Source: Malacoraja senta (taxonomy: Eukaryota). From it: 64,000 nucleotides of DNA. The stretch is taken from the NCBI GenBank assembly GCA_038087875.1, contig CM075978.1, positions 192,572,001 to 192,636,000 on the forward strand, given 5' to 3'. The position numbers and the translations under genes are program-made. The notes under the pieces were generated by a model, which saw only the letters and a program-made list of their open reading frames with translations, was not told where the DNA came from and searched no databases. Shown here one piece after another: positions 1-11,738 of this stretch (positions within the stretch are counted from its first letter, which is position 1; each line of letters starts with the position of its first letter).

Positions 1-60
1 AATTAAAATGAATCATTTGGATTTATTTAAAAGTAATGAATTGTATTTTCTTGGTCCTAG

Positions 61-190
61 GAGAAGCCTGCAGGCCTGAAGATGGTCGTCGAGAAGAACT
101 TTATCAGCAGTTCTATAAAGAATTGGAGGAGGATTACAACAAAGAAAAGCACGCTGATTGTGTTGTCATAGCCCTAAGCAAGCAACAGGG
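61..190 (+). CDS. NCOA5: NCOA5-like gene, internal coding exon (EACRPEDGRREELYQQFYKELEEDYNKEKHADCVVIALSKQQ)
   Basis: Pyrimidine-rich acceptor ending AG at 59-60 and GT donor at 191. The peptide resembles NCOA5 RREELYRQYFEEIQ...DCSVIVVNKQ (recalled). Phase 2 joins the next exon in frame. May be a paralog rather than the ortholog. Confidence 0.8.
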
Positions 191-815
191 GTAAATCTCC
201 GGAATGTTTGCATGCTTTTCTACTTATTGTGGTGGTAAAAAGCATGTTTAATTCACTCATCCACCATACATTTCATGTTTGAGATTGCATTTTCTTTCAT
301 TCTTTTGCTATCGGAGTTAACTGCTAAATTTGTTGTCTGACTTATTAGAAAAGTATTAATACTTCCAGATTATGTACTTTAAGAATATCCTTTGAGCATT
401 TTGGAAAGCCAAAAAGTAATCATCGTGGCTTTGGAATAGGTAAAATTATTTATCTTTGTATCTGTGTTTTAAGGTATTAAAATGAAACAAAACTCTCAAG
501 ATGGTTCTTCAACTCAATTTCACTTCTGCCAAAGCTTTGGTTTGTGGTTTGGGATATAGTTCTATAGTTGTACAAGACCACCATTCATATTTGCATCATG
601 ACAGGTTGTTAGAATTGGAGAGTGGAATTACAAAGTGTTAGCTGATAAAGATGCATGACAGTTGAGTCTGATGTTGTTCCAGTTTGGCTTTGTTTTGTGT
701 GTATGCCGTGTGCAAGTCCAAGCAAGTAAGTGTGTGTGTGTGTGTTGTTACAGACTTTGGATGGTAGGTCAGATTGGGAAACTACTGTCTTTCTGTTCTG
801 ACCCCAATGCTAGTT

Positions 816-950
816 CTTCTTGCGTATGGCGTGCACAGCCTAAAGTTGTAGGACAACTTGTTCTATTTGATCTTATTTGATTGTGCATGCCGGGTTGATT
901 GCATTCGTCGAAACAGGGTGGTAAACGTGTAGGTTGCTATCTTCCACCCC
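816..950 (-). mobile_element. 135-nt SINE-like retroelement with a 5' HDV-like ribozyme fold (partly decayed) and RTE-like (GAA)n tail
   Basis: 12-bp TSD CCAATGCTAGTT at 804-815 and 952-963. The minus strand starts GGGGUGG..CCACCCU (P1 with G1.U) and ends ...cgccatacgcaagaag. Confidence 0.75.
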
Positions 951-1764
951 ACCAATGCTAGTTGAGGTTATTGATCAGATTTTGAGGATTTTTTTAGTTT
1001 AATAGGATGTGGGCGGGCACGAATGTTGTATTGTTGGCATGTATTAAACACAATTGATCAATTCTATCTGCTTTTTAAACTTGAGCTGTACAGTTTAGAA
1101 TGTTTCTATTTGTCGTGGAATAAGATCCAGATTTCATTGTAGGTTGCTGAAGTTCTGCTTGTTATTGATGCATCAGTCAAATGAATTTGATATTTAGGGC
1201 CTGTTTGCAGTTTAGGATTATAGACTTCGACTGATTAACCAGCCTAATCCATTCTACTAACAATCTGTTGACTGTTGTATTTGAAATTTGATTCCTACCT
1301 ATGTAACTCTTTCCTATTATGTAAAGAATTACTTCAATTTACTGCCCGGAATGAACCAAAATAGTTTATTTAATGCAATTTAACAGAACCTTCAGCAAAC
1401 ACGTTTCAAACTTGGCTTCAGAAAGTATAAGTAAATGAACATTAATGTCAAAAGTCACCCTTATTAAATTGATGGTAAACCAGTAGAAACGAGGAACGTG
1501 CAAAAGACACAAAGTGCTGGAGTAACTCAGCGGGTCAGGCAGCAGACCATGGATGAGTGATGTTTCAGGTTGGGACACTTTTTCAGACTAGTGATCCAGT
1601 TGCCAATTACTATTTCATCTGCAAACGCACTCAATTATTTAAGGTTTAAGCCTTTGAGTATTACTTTTGAAAAAACTTGTGTGGCAACTTATAGCAAGTT
1701 AAATGTTCGATCTTGCTTTGGTTGACTAACTAACCAGAAAATGTTCCCCTGTTGCAATTTTAAG

Positions 1765-1964
1765 GGATTATGCCAAACTAATAGGACGTCGAGTGCAAGA
1801 GCTGGGACTGCTCGTGGATTTGGTCTACCTTAAATTAGAGTTGGCTCTGGATACTGCTCTGAAAGATGTTCGTGAAGAAGGCTCCCCCTTTTGTGTTGTT
1901 GTCGGTGGAGAACATCAGTCGCTTTCATCTTGCACAGTCATTATTTTGTATGCTGGCCACAAAG
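1765..1964 (+). CDS. NCOA5: NCOA5-like exon (DYAKLIGRRVQELGLLVDLVYLK...GSPFCVVVGGEHQSLSSCTVIILYAGHK)
   Basis: AAG acceptor at 1762-1764 and AG|GTAACT donor. Matches NCOA5 DYAESVGRKVRDLG...GSPFAIVITQQHQIHRSCTVNI (recalled). Overlaps ORF 1793..1999. Confidence 0.88.
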
Positions 1965-2058
1965 GTAACTTTTCAGCTTCCATAAAGATGCACTTGTAAT
2001 TCGTGAGATTTCCAATTTCACATTTATATTGAAATGTTTGTCACGTGTGAGTTTGGGA

Positions 2059-2362
2059 GGCATGGTGGTGCAGCGGTAGAGTTGCTGCCTTACAGCACCA
2101 GAGGTCCGGGTTTAATCCTGACTACAGGTGCTATCTGTATGGAGTTTGTACGTTCTCCCCGTGACCTGCGTGGGGTTTCCCCGGGTGCTCCGGTTTCCTC
2201 CCACACTCCAAAAACGTACAGGTTTGTGGGTTAATTGGCTTGGTAAAAATTGTAAATTGTCCCTAGTGTGTGGAGGATAGTGTTATTGTGCGGGGATTGC
2301 TGGTTGTGGCGGACTTGTTGGGCTGAAGGTCCTGTTTCCGCGCTGTATCTCTCAACTAAACT
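2059..2362 (+). mobile_element. tRNA-derived V-SINE (HE1-like)
   Basis: A-box/B-box-like head GGTGGTGCAGCGGTAGAG...GGTTTAATCC, V-domain GGAGTTTGTACGTTCTCCCC, CR1-like tail ending CTAAAC. Confidence 0.85.
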
Positions 2363-2949
2363 GATACAGTAAGATGGAGTGCTTGCCCTTGTTTGAAATA
2401 ATCTCCAATGTTTATATTCCTAAAAGGCTCTGTTATGATGTTCCTCAAATCAAAATATTAGGTCAGAACTTTGTTGTGTATCAGCCCTGCCTGTTAATAA
2501 TAATTCTTTGACAACAAGCAAAGGTACACCCTGCTTTGCTTGCTGTTAATACTGAGATACATAAACATTTTTTAAAAAATGGCTTAAATGTGTGAACCTT
2601 AAAGCATTAAAACAAACCTCGAGCAATTGGGAAGAGTGGTGTGTAAATGACCTTGTGTGTGCCTGCTCATTCATATCTGTTTCTTAACCAAATTAATGGG
2701 CTTGCTTTTCCTGTGCTAGGTCATGGCATCAGGAAATTAACACCATCTGACACATGTTATAAATCCATAAGCAGCTGAGATTCCTTTTCCCTCACAATTA
2801 TTGTGCAAATGGATATAACTGAAATCCACTTTACAGGACACCACGTTTCACAAGGAATAGCAAGTCAGTAGGTTAATTGGGGGACGCAGAAAGACACTGT
2901 TTAGCGGCACAAGGATAAGGGGTCCTGATGTCAGTTTAAGATTAGTTCA

Positions 2950-3207
2950 TGTTCAAGAAGGAACTGCAGATGCTGGAAAATCGAAGGTAGACACCTTCCA
3001 TGTCTACAGTAGCCCTTGCTGTCTCCTCCCCTTCTCAGCTCTCCCTCAGCCCTCTGGCTCCTCCTCTACCTTTCTCCTTTCTTCTCCCTGCCCCCCCCCC
3101 CAACCTACATCAGTCTGAATAAGGGTTTCGGCCCGAAACGTTGCCTATTTTCTTCGCTCCATAGATGCTGCTGCACCTGCTGGGTTTCTCCAGCACTTTT
3201 GTCTACC
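2950..3207. mobile_element. Penelope-like element 3'-end/pLTR fragment with inverted arms
   Basis: GAAGGAACTGCAGATGCTGG arm and the complementary GATGCTGC..TTTCTCCAGCACTTTTGTCTAC arm. Decayed hammerhead core at 3114-3145. Confidence 0.7.
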
Positions 3208-3757
3208 TAAGATTAGTTCATTACCAACATCAGTTAATTTGGAATTGATATTACTAATGGATGGATGTTTTTTAAATTTGTGATGGGGAAATGGCTCCCT
3301 GGGTACCTGGGTGTTAATTTGCTTTATCTTCACCTGAGCACCGCAAATTGATTTGTTCAATTATTAAATCTGTCTGGCAATTTCAATCGTCTCCGAACAA
3401 CATGGAAGAAAGTTTGTCTTTTGAATCCTGTCTAATTTAAGGACATTTGATACTCCGTTTTGTGTTTTTAATAAAATGGATTATAAGATTAATTTGACCT
3501 CAATCATTTGTTTTCATACGGTTTTGTTTTCAGTATCTGGATTTAATTTTTTGGCATTCGTATCTGTATTTTAAATATTTGTTTCATTGACTAAATTATT
3601 GTAACAAGGGCATGAAAGTAATTGTGATACAGAAAAAGCTTTCATTTTACAGTAGACATTCTTGCCCTGACCTGTAAAGATTATAGTAATGCACTTGTAA
3701 GGAGCAAAGGTTCACCAACATGTTAAATATGTATGTACGGGCTCAGCAATCTATCGT

Positions 3758-4040
3758 TATAAGTATAAGGGATAGGCCATTTAGGACTGAGATGAGAAAA
3801 AACTTTTTCACCCAGAGAGTTGTGAATCTGTGGAATTCTCTGCCACAGAAGGCAGTGGAGGCCAGATATATGTAAGAGAGTTTGATATAGCTCTTAGAGC
3901 TAAATAAATCAAAGGATATGGGGATAAAACAAGAACGGGGTACTGGTTTTGGATGATCCATGATCAAATTGAATGGCGGTGCTGGCTCGAAGGGCCGAAC
4001 AGCCTACTCCTGCACCTATTTTCCGTTTCTATGTTCTATT
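3758..4040 (+). mobile_element. CR1 LINE 3' fragment
   Basis: Near-identical to the 3' end of the CR1 at 28000-28290. Confidence 0.85.
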
Positions 4041-4766
4041 TCGCTCTATGGCAAATGTTGCCGTTGTCTGGAAAGTGAAAGTAAGAAACTTGAAATATTT
4101 ATTAGTCGTCCAATATTTTGACCACGTAAGCACATCGGGGTCAATGTGTCAGTTGTATCTGATTGTGTGTAAATCATTTGTTAAAATATGCAATTAAAAC
4201 TTTCCTTCCGCAGAAGCTACACAGCTCTTGCTCTAAACACTTCCAAGCTCCATCTCCCATTTTATACCATTGTTGAAGTTCTGCCCTTTATCCTTCTCAA
4301 CACTAACTTCCCAAAGTGTATGTGAATTGATGACCTGAAAATTCATGATTTGGTATACTTGTAAGTCTGAGTGTTGCCTTGGACAAGCTGGGTACAAAGA
4401 TGAATGGTTCCGCACCATTCTGGTATTCGGTGCGAAGGGGATTCTAGGACAAATGTGGACTATGGTCTGCCACTGGGACGTAACTGACACTTAGTACAAT
4501 TAGGTGGTATTACTAGGTGAATTGAAATTCAGATATAATTTGTGCAACGTTCTGTCAAATGCACTGATGGTCAATGAAAAGGACATTTAAAACTGTCATA
4601 TGTGGCTGACTATCATCACAGAAACCTTGTTGGGATATTTTAGTTTTATTCTAAACCCCTTTTGGTACATTATCAAACCTCCTCGGTGTCACTTGCCACA
4701 CTGAAGTTTCCTTTCCCAGGTTTACTGAGAGCTTTGACCAATAATAACGTTTCCTCTGTTCGACAG

Positions 4767-5048
4767 AACATCGTAACATGCCTTTAGAAGATGCCTTGGA
4801 CCTGATTTCCCGTGAGCATCAACGTATATTTGGTGAAAATCTGGAGAAAGAGCGGCTGGAGATTGCACACAAGGCGGCTAACTTGGCAGATGATTATCTT
4901 CACCGTGAGGCTTACAGCGAAAGCCATGTTGTGCCCAGCACCGTCCGACATCTGATGTTTCTGGTTGGTGATGGAAAGCATCTTTATGCAGAGGAGCTGC
5001 AAGTCGTTATTGAATACTTGACCAAACGAAAAGAGGGAGTTGAGACAG
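4767..5048 (+). CDS. NCOA5: NCOA5-like exon (EHRNMPLEDALDLISREHQRIF...EIAHKAANLADD...HLYAEELQVVIEYLTKRKEGVET)
   Basis: CAG acceptor at 4764-4766 and CAG|GTTAGT donor. The EHRNMP and EIA-x-x-AA-x-x-AD motifs are typical of NCOA5. 282 nt, phase 1-1. Overlaps ORF 4778..5053. Confidence 0.9.
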
Positions 5049-5062
5049 GTTAGTTCATTATT

Positions 5063-5372
5063 AAATGCTGAAGTAACTCAGCAGGACAGGCAGCATCTCT
5101 GCATAGAAGGAATGGGTGACGTTTTGGGTTGACACCATCTTTAGGCTCAGTCTGAAGAAGGGCCTCAGCATGAAATGTCACCTGGTACACAAAATTGCTG
5201 GAGAAACTCAGCGGGTGCAGCAGCATCAATGGAGCGAAGGAGATAGGCAACATTTCGGGCCGAAACCCTTCTTCAGACGTCACCTATTCCTTTTCTAAAG
5301 ACATGCTGCCTGTCCCGCTGAGTAACTCCAGCTTTTTGTGTCTGGTTTAACCGAGCATCTGCAGTTCCTTCC
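5063..5372. mobile_element. Nested Penelope-derived hairpin elements
   Basis: TGCTG(G)AGTAACTCAGC arms in inverted orientation, with a second subfamily copy inserted at 5187-5277. Confidence 0.7.
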
Positions 5373-5739
5373 TGCATAGTTCATTATTAGTCTGTTTTTG
5401 TGCAGAATTGATGAAGAAGCAATTTTTTTTTAAAAATCAGTTAATTTGGAATTAATGTTTAGATGCTGAAGATAAATTATCTTAAACTATATATAAGTAT
5501 TTGTCCCAATAATGAAAATAATCCAAAGACTACTTTGGAATATCGGACAAAGAGACACAAAGAACATTGTATCAGACGAGTAATTCTGCGCTTTCTCTTT
5601 TTGCCTCATTCTGCATTTTGCATGGAGTTCATGGAGGTTGAAAATCCTATTCTTTATTTATGATCCATGTCATTGAATATTTATCGTTCCCAGTCCCCTT
5701 ATTTTCATCCGCACCATAACAAGCGCACAATTGGCTTTA

Positions 5740-5985
5740 AACACTCAGAATAAAAGTAGGTACCTTTAGAAAGGAAATGAGGAATTTATTTGTCAGAGGG
5801 TGGTGAATCTGGCATTCATTGCCACGGAAGTGCTGTGGAGGTCGAGTCATTGGATATTTTTAAAGCAGTGATTGACAGATTCTTGATTAGTACAGGTGTC
5901 AGGGGTTATGGGGAAAAGGCAGGAGAATGGGGTTGAGAGGGAAAGATAGATCAGCCATGATTGAATGGTGGAGTAGACTTGATGT
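5740..5985 (+). mobile_element. CR1 LINE 3' fragment
   Basis: CAGAGGGTGGTGAATCT...GGTTATGGGGAAAAGGCAGG...GATCAGCCATGATTGAATGG motifs. Confidence 0.75.
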
Positions 5986-6019
5986 TTCAGGACAAGGATG
6001 TTCTTCTGACTCAGTCTGA

Positions 6020-6206
6020 AGATAAAACACAAAGCTGGAATAACTCTGCAGGACAGGCAGCATCTCTGGAGAAAAGGAATGGGTGATGTTTCGGGTCGAG
6101 TTTGTTCTTCAGACTCTCTGAAGAAGGGCCTGACCTGAAACGTCACCCATTCTTTTTCTCCATAGATACTGCCTGTCCCGCTGAGTTATTCCAGCTTTTT
6201 GTGTCT
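6020..6206. mobile_element. Penelope-derived palindromic element with hammerhead core
   Basis: Inverted arms around CTGAAGAAGGGCCTGACCTGAAACGTC at 6118-6144. Confidence 0.75.
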
Positions 6207-6305
6207 TTAATCTAGAGTTTAATTTGTTTTTTTGTAAAATTGTGCTAGTTTCAAGTTACTGAAAAGTTGAACAATGTTGATAATCTGATACATTTGTCTT
6301 GATAG

Positions 6306-6371
6306 AGGCGAATAGTAATTGGCAAAACTATCAAGAGGAGAGAACTGAAGCTTATCAGTGGCCCCATGAAG
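6306..6371 (+). CDS. NCOA5-like gene, small exon (ANSNWQNYQEERTEAYQWPHE)
   Basis: TAG acceptor and AAG|GTAAAT donor. 66 nt, phase 1-1, open in frame between the flanking exons. Confidence 0.65.
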
Positions 6372-6659
6372 GTAAATGAGCAAAGTTTAGCATTTCAGTA
6401 ATATTTTAACTGACTATTGTCTGAGACAAAGGACTGAAAAATGTGTATGCACTGCTTCAAAATTACTGTTTTATCACGTAAATAAATTTACTGGCCTTTG
6501 TCTTCAAATCCTGCCAATAGTTCCTGCTAATTTCTGTGCAAAACGATACCGGTTTGAAATAAAATAAGATCATACTGGTGAGGAATAGGAATTTGGTGTG
6601 TTTAAATTTAAGTGTATATTGTCATATATTTGTGCTTTAAAGTTTCTTTTATTTTCCAG

Positions 6660-6851
6660 CATCTCTTGTTCAACAAGCTGCTGGAACTGAGAGTTATTAT
6701 GACGTAGGCAGTGCTTCACAAACTTCCAACAAGCCCAAGCCCCTCCTTCCAACGCCAGTCAGGCCACCCCTTTTGGGTCACGCGCCTCTTTCTCAGAAAA
6801 AAACGCCTCTGTTGGGTGACCGGCCAATTAGGGCTCTTCTGCCAGCTCCAG
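6660..6851 (+). CDS. NCOA5-like gene, Pro/Leu-rich exon (SLVQQAAG...PKPLLPTPVRPPLLGHAPLSQKKTPLLGDRPIRALLPAP)
   Basis: Strong acceptor ttcttttattttccag and donor CAG|GTGAGC. 192 nt, phase 1-1, no stop codons. Confidence 0.78.
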
Positions 6852-7074
6852 GTGAGCACCTTTTCCTCAAAACGCAATGCAAAATGGTAAAAAATCAGTC
6901 TTAAATAAGTTAAACGTGTTACCTTTGATTCAAGGCTAACTTCTCAGGTTGTTAATCTGTATGTTTCAAAGTTGACTTTCATGGTTGCATGGTAAGTAAA
7001 AATCAACTTTACGCAGGACAGTCTGAAATATCTTTCTCCTTAATACCCAGCTCTTAATACAATTCAATAAGACG

Positions 7075-7740
7075 TCTTGTTGGGTGGTCATATTGCTGTT
7101 GTAAAAGACGTTGGTGAGGCCACGTTTAGAGTATTGTGTTCAGTTCTATGGGCCGTGTTATAGGAATCATGTCAAGCGGGAAAGGATACAGAGAAGATTT
7201 ACGAGGATGTTTCCCGGACTAGAGGGTCTGAGCAAAAGGCAGAGGTTAAATAGGCTGGGACTCTATTCCTTGGAACACAGGAGGATATATAAGATCATGA
7301 AAGCTCCATAGACGCTGCCGCTCCCGCTAGGTTTCTCCAGCACTTTTGTCTACCTTTGATTTTCCAGCACCTGCAGTTCCTTCTTAAACATGAAAGGTAT
7401 AGATCGGGTAGCACAGTCTTGCCCAGAGTAGGTGAATCGAGGACCAGAGGCCATAGGTTCAAGGTGAAGGGGAAAAGATTTAATAGGAATCTGAGGGGTA
7501 ACTTTTTCACACAAAAGGTGGTGTGTGGGTGTGTGGAACAAACTGCCAGAGGAGGTAGTTGAGGCTGGGACTATCCCAACATTTAAGAAGCAGTTAGACA
7601 GGTACATGGATAGGACAGATTTGGAGGGATATGGACCAAATACGGGCAGGTGGGACTAGTGTAGATGGGACACGTCGGTCGGTGTGGGCAAGTTGGGCAG
7701 AAGGGCCTGTTTCCACGCTGTATCACTCTATGACTCTACT
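7075..7740 (+). mobile_element. CR1 LINE 3' fragment interrupted by a Penelope arm (7302-7390)
   Basis: ORFs VRPRLEYCVQF and SRTRGHRFKVKGKRFNRNLRGNFFTQ correspond to the CR1 ORF2 C-terminus. Confidence 0.85.
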
Positions 7741-9360
7741 GACACCCTTTTGCAGCTCATTTTGCAGCACGCTAGGCTGAATCAAGGTTTTGGGTCCAGG
7801 TCCCTTGCCCAGAAACTTGATGCTCCAATGTCGTCCTGGTGATGCTGGGGGTTCAGACAATAAGATGAGATGTTAAACCATTCTCCTCTGTCATTCCACT
7901 GAGTGTCAGAATACTGCTGTGCTGCATTTTAAGACCGTTGCAGAAATACCTGGTGATGTTCCCAATATTCAGTCCTCAATCATCATTACCCAAGACAGAT
8001 TATAGGGTGATTAGTACACAGCGGTAGCAATCTTGCCTTGCAATCTTCATTAAACACTTTGAGATAAAAGCATAAGTAAAAGTATGCCAAAGCAACACTC
8101 AAGATTGCCTGCCAATAAATATGACAAGGGCTGACTTTACTTTGGCCTCTTGCATATTTCCCATTACCATTGGATTTCCAAAACAAACTTACCAAGGTTA
8201 CTAACGCCCAATTTATGGAAATCCTGCATATGTGTGAGTTCCCATGATATTATTAAATTTGGCTGTCTGATGTAGGTGTGTACATTAGTTCCTATGAACA
8301 GCAGAACTAGTTTTCCCTCTCTTCCTGTCTTTAGTAATTATTTTTTCTTATCAGTCTAGGATGCTCTTGATGTCATATATTGTAATATAATCGAGGTATG
8401 GTTACCATATTGAGTAATATTTATTTTCCCAATTACAGACAGTTTGGAGAGGTGTAAAAACAGATCTCATTCATTACCCTGTTATTACCTGAATATATCT
8501 GCCTGCAGAAATTCTTCCTCGTCTCTCTTTAAAGAACTACCCTGTTATTCAAATCTAATCCTTAGTTCTAGATTTCCAGATTTCCCTCACAAAGGCAAAT
8601 GTCTGCTCAGTATCGACCTTGACAGATTCCCTCTATCTTATCTTTTTCATCTACACTCCACAATTAAAAGACCCTATCTGCTCACTCTCCTTCCTTAGAT
8701 AACACCTTAATTCCAGAAATCAACACAGTGAAACTCTCTAAATGGCTTCCACTAGAGTGCTCGTACGGTCCTTGAAAGTCCTGGAATTTGAAACTGAATT
8801 TGAGTCCAAGGCCGTGAAAGTCCTTGGATTTATCATAGGTCCTTGAAAATTCACTTTTTATGATAAGAGTATTAATTCATGCAGAGTAATGTGGCATTTT
8901 TTCATCAAGTTTATAATGTGTATTTTTATTAAAAGTCTGGAAACAATATTCGATATGTTTGCTAACAACGTTCCCTGTGGGAGGGAGGGGAGGAGCACTA
9001 GGACCTAGCAGAGTCAGACCACGTGCTGTCTGCATCGTGGAGGTTGTGTGCCTGGAACTCTGGTGAGGTGACGGCTCTCGCCCGCTGGTGGCCGGTGGAG
9101 AGGCGAGGGTTGGCAGAGTGTGTGGGTATGTGTGTGTGTGAGTGAATGAGGGAGCTGCGGGAGAGTCAGGGCGAGTTGGTGCCGGGCCGGCACCTCTGTA
9201 AAAATACATGATCACCGTCTTTTTCTTTACTAGCTTGATAATTATTTTTCATGATAATTAGTGAGTGCAACTGTGCAATATTTTGTCATATTATTAAATT
9301 AAGTATTATATGTTTTACTGTACTAGTTATACACTGGGATGTAGCGTTAGGCTATAATCT

Positions 9361-9632
9361 TAGACAAAAGTGCTGGAGAAACTCAGCAGGTGCAGCAGCA
9401 TCTATGGAGCGAAGGAAATAGGCAACGTTTCGGGCTGAAACCTTTCTTCAGGCTGATGTAGGGTAGGGGCGGGGAGAAGAAAGGAAAAAGGAAGAGGAGG
9501 AGCCCGAGGGCTTAGGGAGAGCTGAGAAGGGGGGGGGAGACAACAAGGGCTACCGGAAATTGGAGAATTCAATGTTTATGCCGCTAGGGTGCAGACTGCT
9601 CAAGCGGAATATGAGGTGCTGCTCCTCCAATT
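9361..9632 (-). mobile_element. Penelope-like retroelement 3' end (ORF C-terminus plus hammerhead region)
   Basis: ORF 9550..9741 ends KLEEQHLIFRLSSLHPSGINIEFSNFR, a typical PLE ORF C-terminus. It is followed on the minus strand by CUGAAGA..GAAACGUU at 9421-9452. Confidence 0.8.
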
Positions 9633-10007
9633 TTGTTCTTGTTCTTATAATCTTGTTTGATCGTCTTGGAAGACTAGCTTGCCCCCCCCCCCCCCCCCAA
9701 GCAAAACCTGAAATGACGCCCCGGTTGGATAGCTCCGGCACCTAAATAATTAGCACTGCAACACTGGATAGCGCGGGAACTCACACGTTGGTCTGCCGTA
9801 GGCTATCAAGTTGAGGGTTTCAATGACATTTTGAAATCAAAAAAGCAGTTCCATCCTTCCCATTAATGTGGTTGCATAAAACATTCTGATTTTGTTGGTT
9901 AACCTTGATTGATGGCTACATGTTGTTTTTGAATTTCTTCCATTTGTTTTACTTAAGTTCTTTTTTGAGTTCATTAAAGTTGTAAAACTGACATTTTTTT
10001 ATTTTTA

Positions 10008-10075
10008 CCTACGGCCCGCAAAAAATTGCCAAATATATAATGTGGCCCTCATGCTGAAAAGTTTGGAGGCCCCTG
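10008..10075. mobile_element. hAT/Charlie-type terminal fragment
   Basis: Ends AAAGTTTGGAGGCCCCTG (reverse complement CAGGGGCCTCCAAACT), preceded by subterminal CGGCCCGC/TGTGGCCC motifs. Confidence 0.5.
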
Positions 10076-10480
10076 TTGTAAGGTATAATTTAAAAAATTA
10101 CAGTGTAAATTAAGGGTAAACAAACAAGGAAATGGTGTCATTTCAAGGTATAATCAAAAAAATTATCAAAAATTTCCTGTGTAAAGGATACTTCTCTTCA
10201 GTTAGAGTAAACATGTATCTGGCTACAAGTAGGTGCAGGTGTAATATAAAATATTTTCAATATGACTTAAGTGTAAACAAGCAAGGAGTTGGTGTCATTT
10301 TAAGGTATGATTATCACACATTTTCTGTGTAAGTTAAGTGACAAGCAAGTAAAATGTGTTATTTTAAGGTACATTAAAAAAAATGACAGTATTAAATTTA
10401 AGGGTAAACAGGCAAGAAAAATTAAGGGTAAACAGGCAAGAAAACGGTGTCATTTTAAGGTACAGTTATCAAACATGTTC
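10076..10480. repeat. Degenerate minisatellite (GTGTCATTTTAAGGTA...AAATTAAGGGTAAACA units)
   Basis: About five imperfect recurrences of TTT(T/C)AAGGTA. There is also an exact 21-bp-scale tandem AAGGGTAAACAGGCAAGAAAA at 10400-10445. Confidence 0.55.
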
Positions 10481-11738
10481 TGCATAACTGGGGGCGCTGC
10501 CCTCTTTTACCCCCATCTCTCTTCCTCTTTTTTTCATTTTTTTTCTGTCTCATGCCTGATGACTACAGAGGCCAGTGCAACAGGCGTGGTCATTAAGATC
10601 AGTAATCCTTGTCTTTTTTGGATTCAGGGACAATAGTGAAGACTTTGAAGCAGGCAGGGGCAGTGCAGGTTTGCAGGGAGTAGTTGAAAAGCAAAGTTTT
10701 TCCATTATCATGGTTTCAGATTGAACAACTAAGAGATGAGAAAATGGACCATCAGTGCTCTATTGAAGTACGAATATAGATAAGTCAACCATTTTGTGTG
10801 CAATTATGTAGTTTAGTGTCGTTCTGTGCAACCTGGACTAATGGAATGACTGATCACCTTCTCAGATTTCCCTGAAAATCAGTGTCTGTACATTAGAGCA
10901 CACAAGTAACACAACAGAAAGCAAGGTCTCAACTCCAAATTCCAATGGGCATTTGGCTATAATTCGAGCTATATCAATGGTTCATAACCTTGTGTTGAAA
11001 GTTGATTTTTCTGCTGTGTTCTTTGTACCAGAGGTGTGCAAAACATGATTTTCAATCAAATCTGAGATGGTGACCAGCCAACCTTCTTACTTTTATTTGG
11101 TACAGAATCAAATCATCCAATACCAAGCAACTTGTATACAACTCTCCAATAAACCATCAATGTTTGCTGGATTTTGGTCCTTGTAAATTGGATTTTTGGA
11201 CCTTGAAAGTCCTTGAAAAGTCCTTGAACCTATAGCTGTTCCAAGCGTACGGACCCTGATTACAGATTCATTCTTCTTTAACCACTATGTCCATATGTAC
11301 TCTCACTAAAACCGTACACAGTTATCGTCAGTTCTCTCCACATTTATGCTCCAGCTTTGTGGTCAAGACCAGATGACTTATTTGTAAGACACAATTACAA
11401 AATTTGTCCCCCACTAATTCTAAAATTAAATTAGTACTTTGGGATGAATATAAGAATGTACAGAACTGGTTAAAGTAGTGATCAGAAAACCAGGAGATGT
11501 TAAGTCGAAACCATAATTGAAGAATTCAAGTTTAAAGAAAATGTCTGCATATAACAACAAGATTTCAGTTTGAAGAGATTATTTGTGATTGCTCCTGTGT
11601 TCGCAGTTGTGAGGTGCTGTAGGAATTTGCCTTGCAGGCTTGGGCCTCAGCAATTTGTAATCTATATCAATGATTATATTGATTATTTAAAATCAATGAT
11701 TTTATGTAGTAATATGCGCTCTTTTCATTTTACTTCAG

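Larger units (their letters stand above)
8754..11258. mobile_element. Probable non-autonomous DNA transposon remnant with nested insertions
   Basis: CGTACG-containing, imperfectly inverted termini (gctcgtacgg ... cgtacggaccctg). Clusters of CCTTGAAAGTCC direct repeats occur at both ends (8768-8850 and 11175-11230). No clear TSD. Confidence 0.45.

Noticed and set aside
804-815. CCAATG shared by the TSDs of both HDV-headed elements, as a sign of target specificity
   Set aside because: The motif is on opposite strands relative to the two elements and n=2, so it cannot be separated from chance.
2059-2130. tRNA-like A/B boxes here and at other SINE heads
   Set aside because: All continue into the V-domain and LINE-like tail, so they are SINEs and not tRNA genes.
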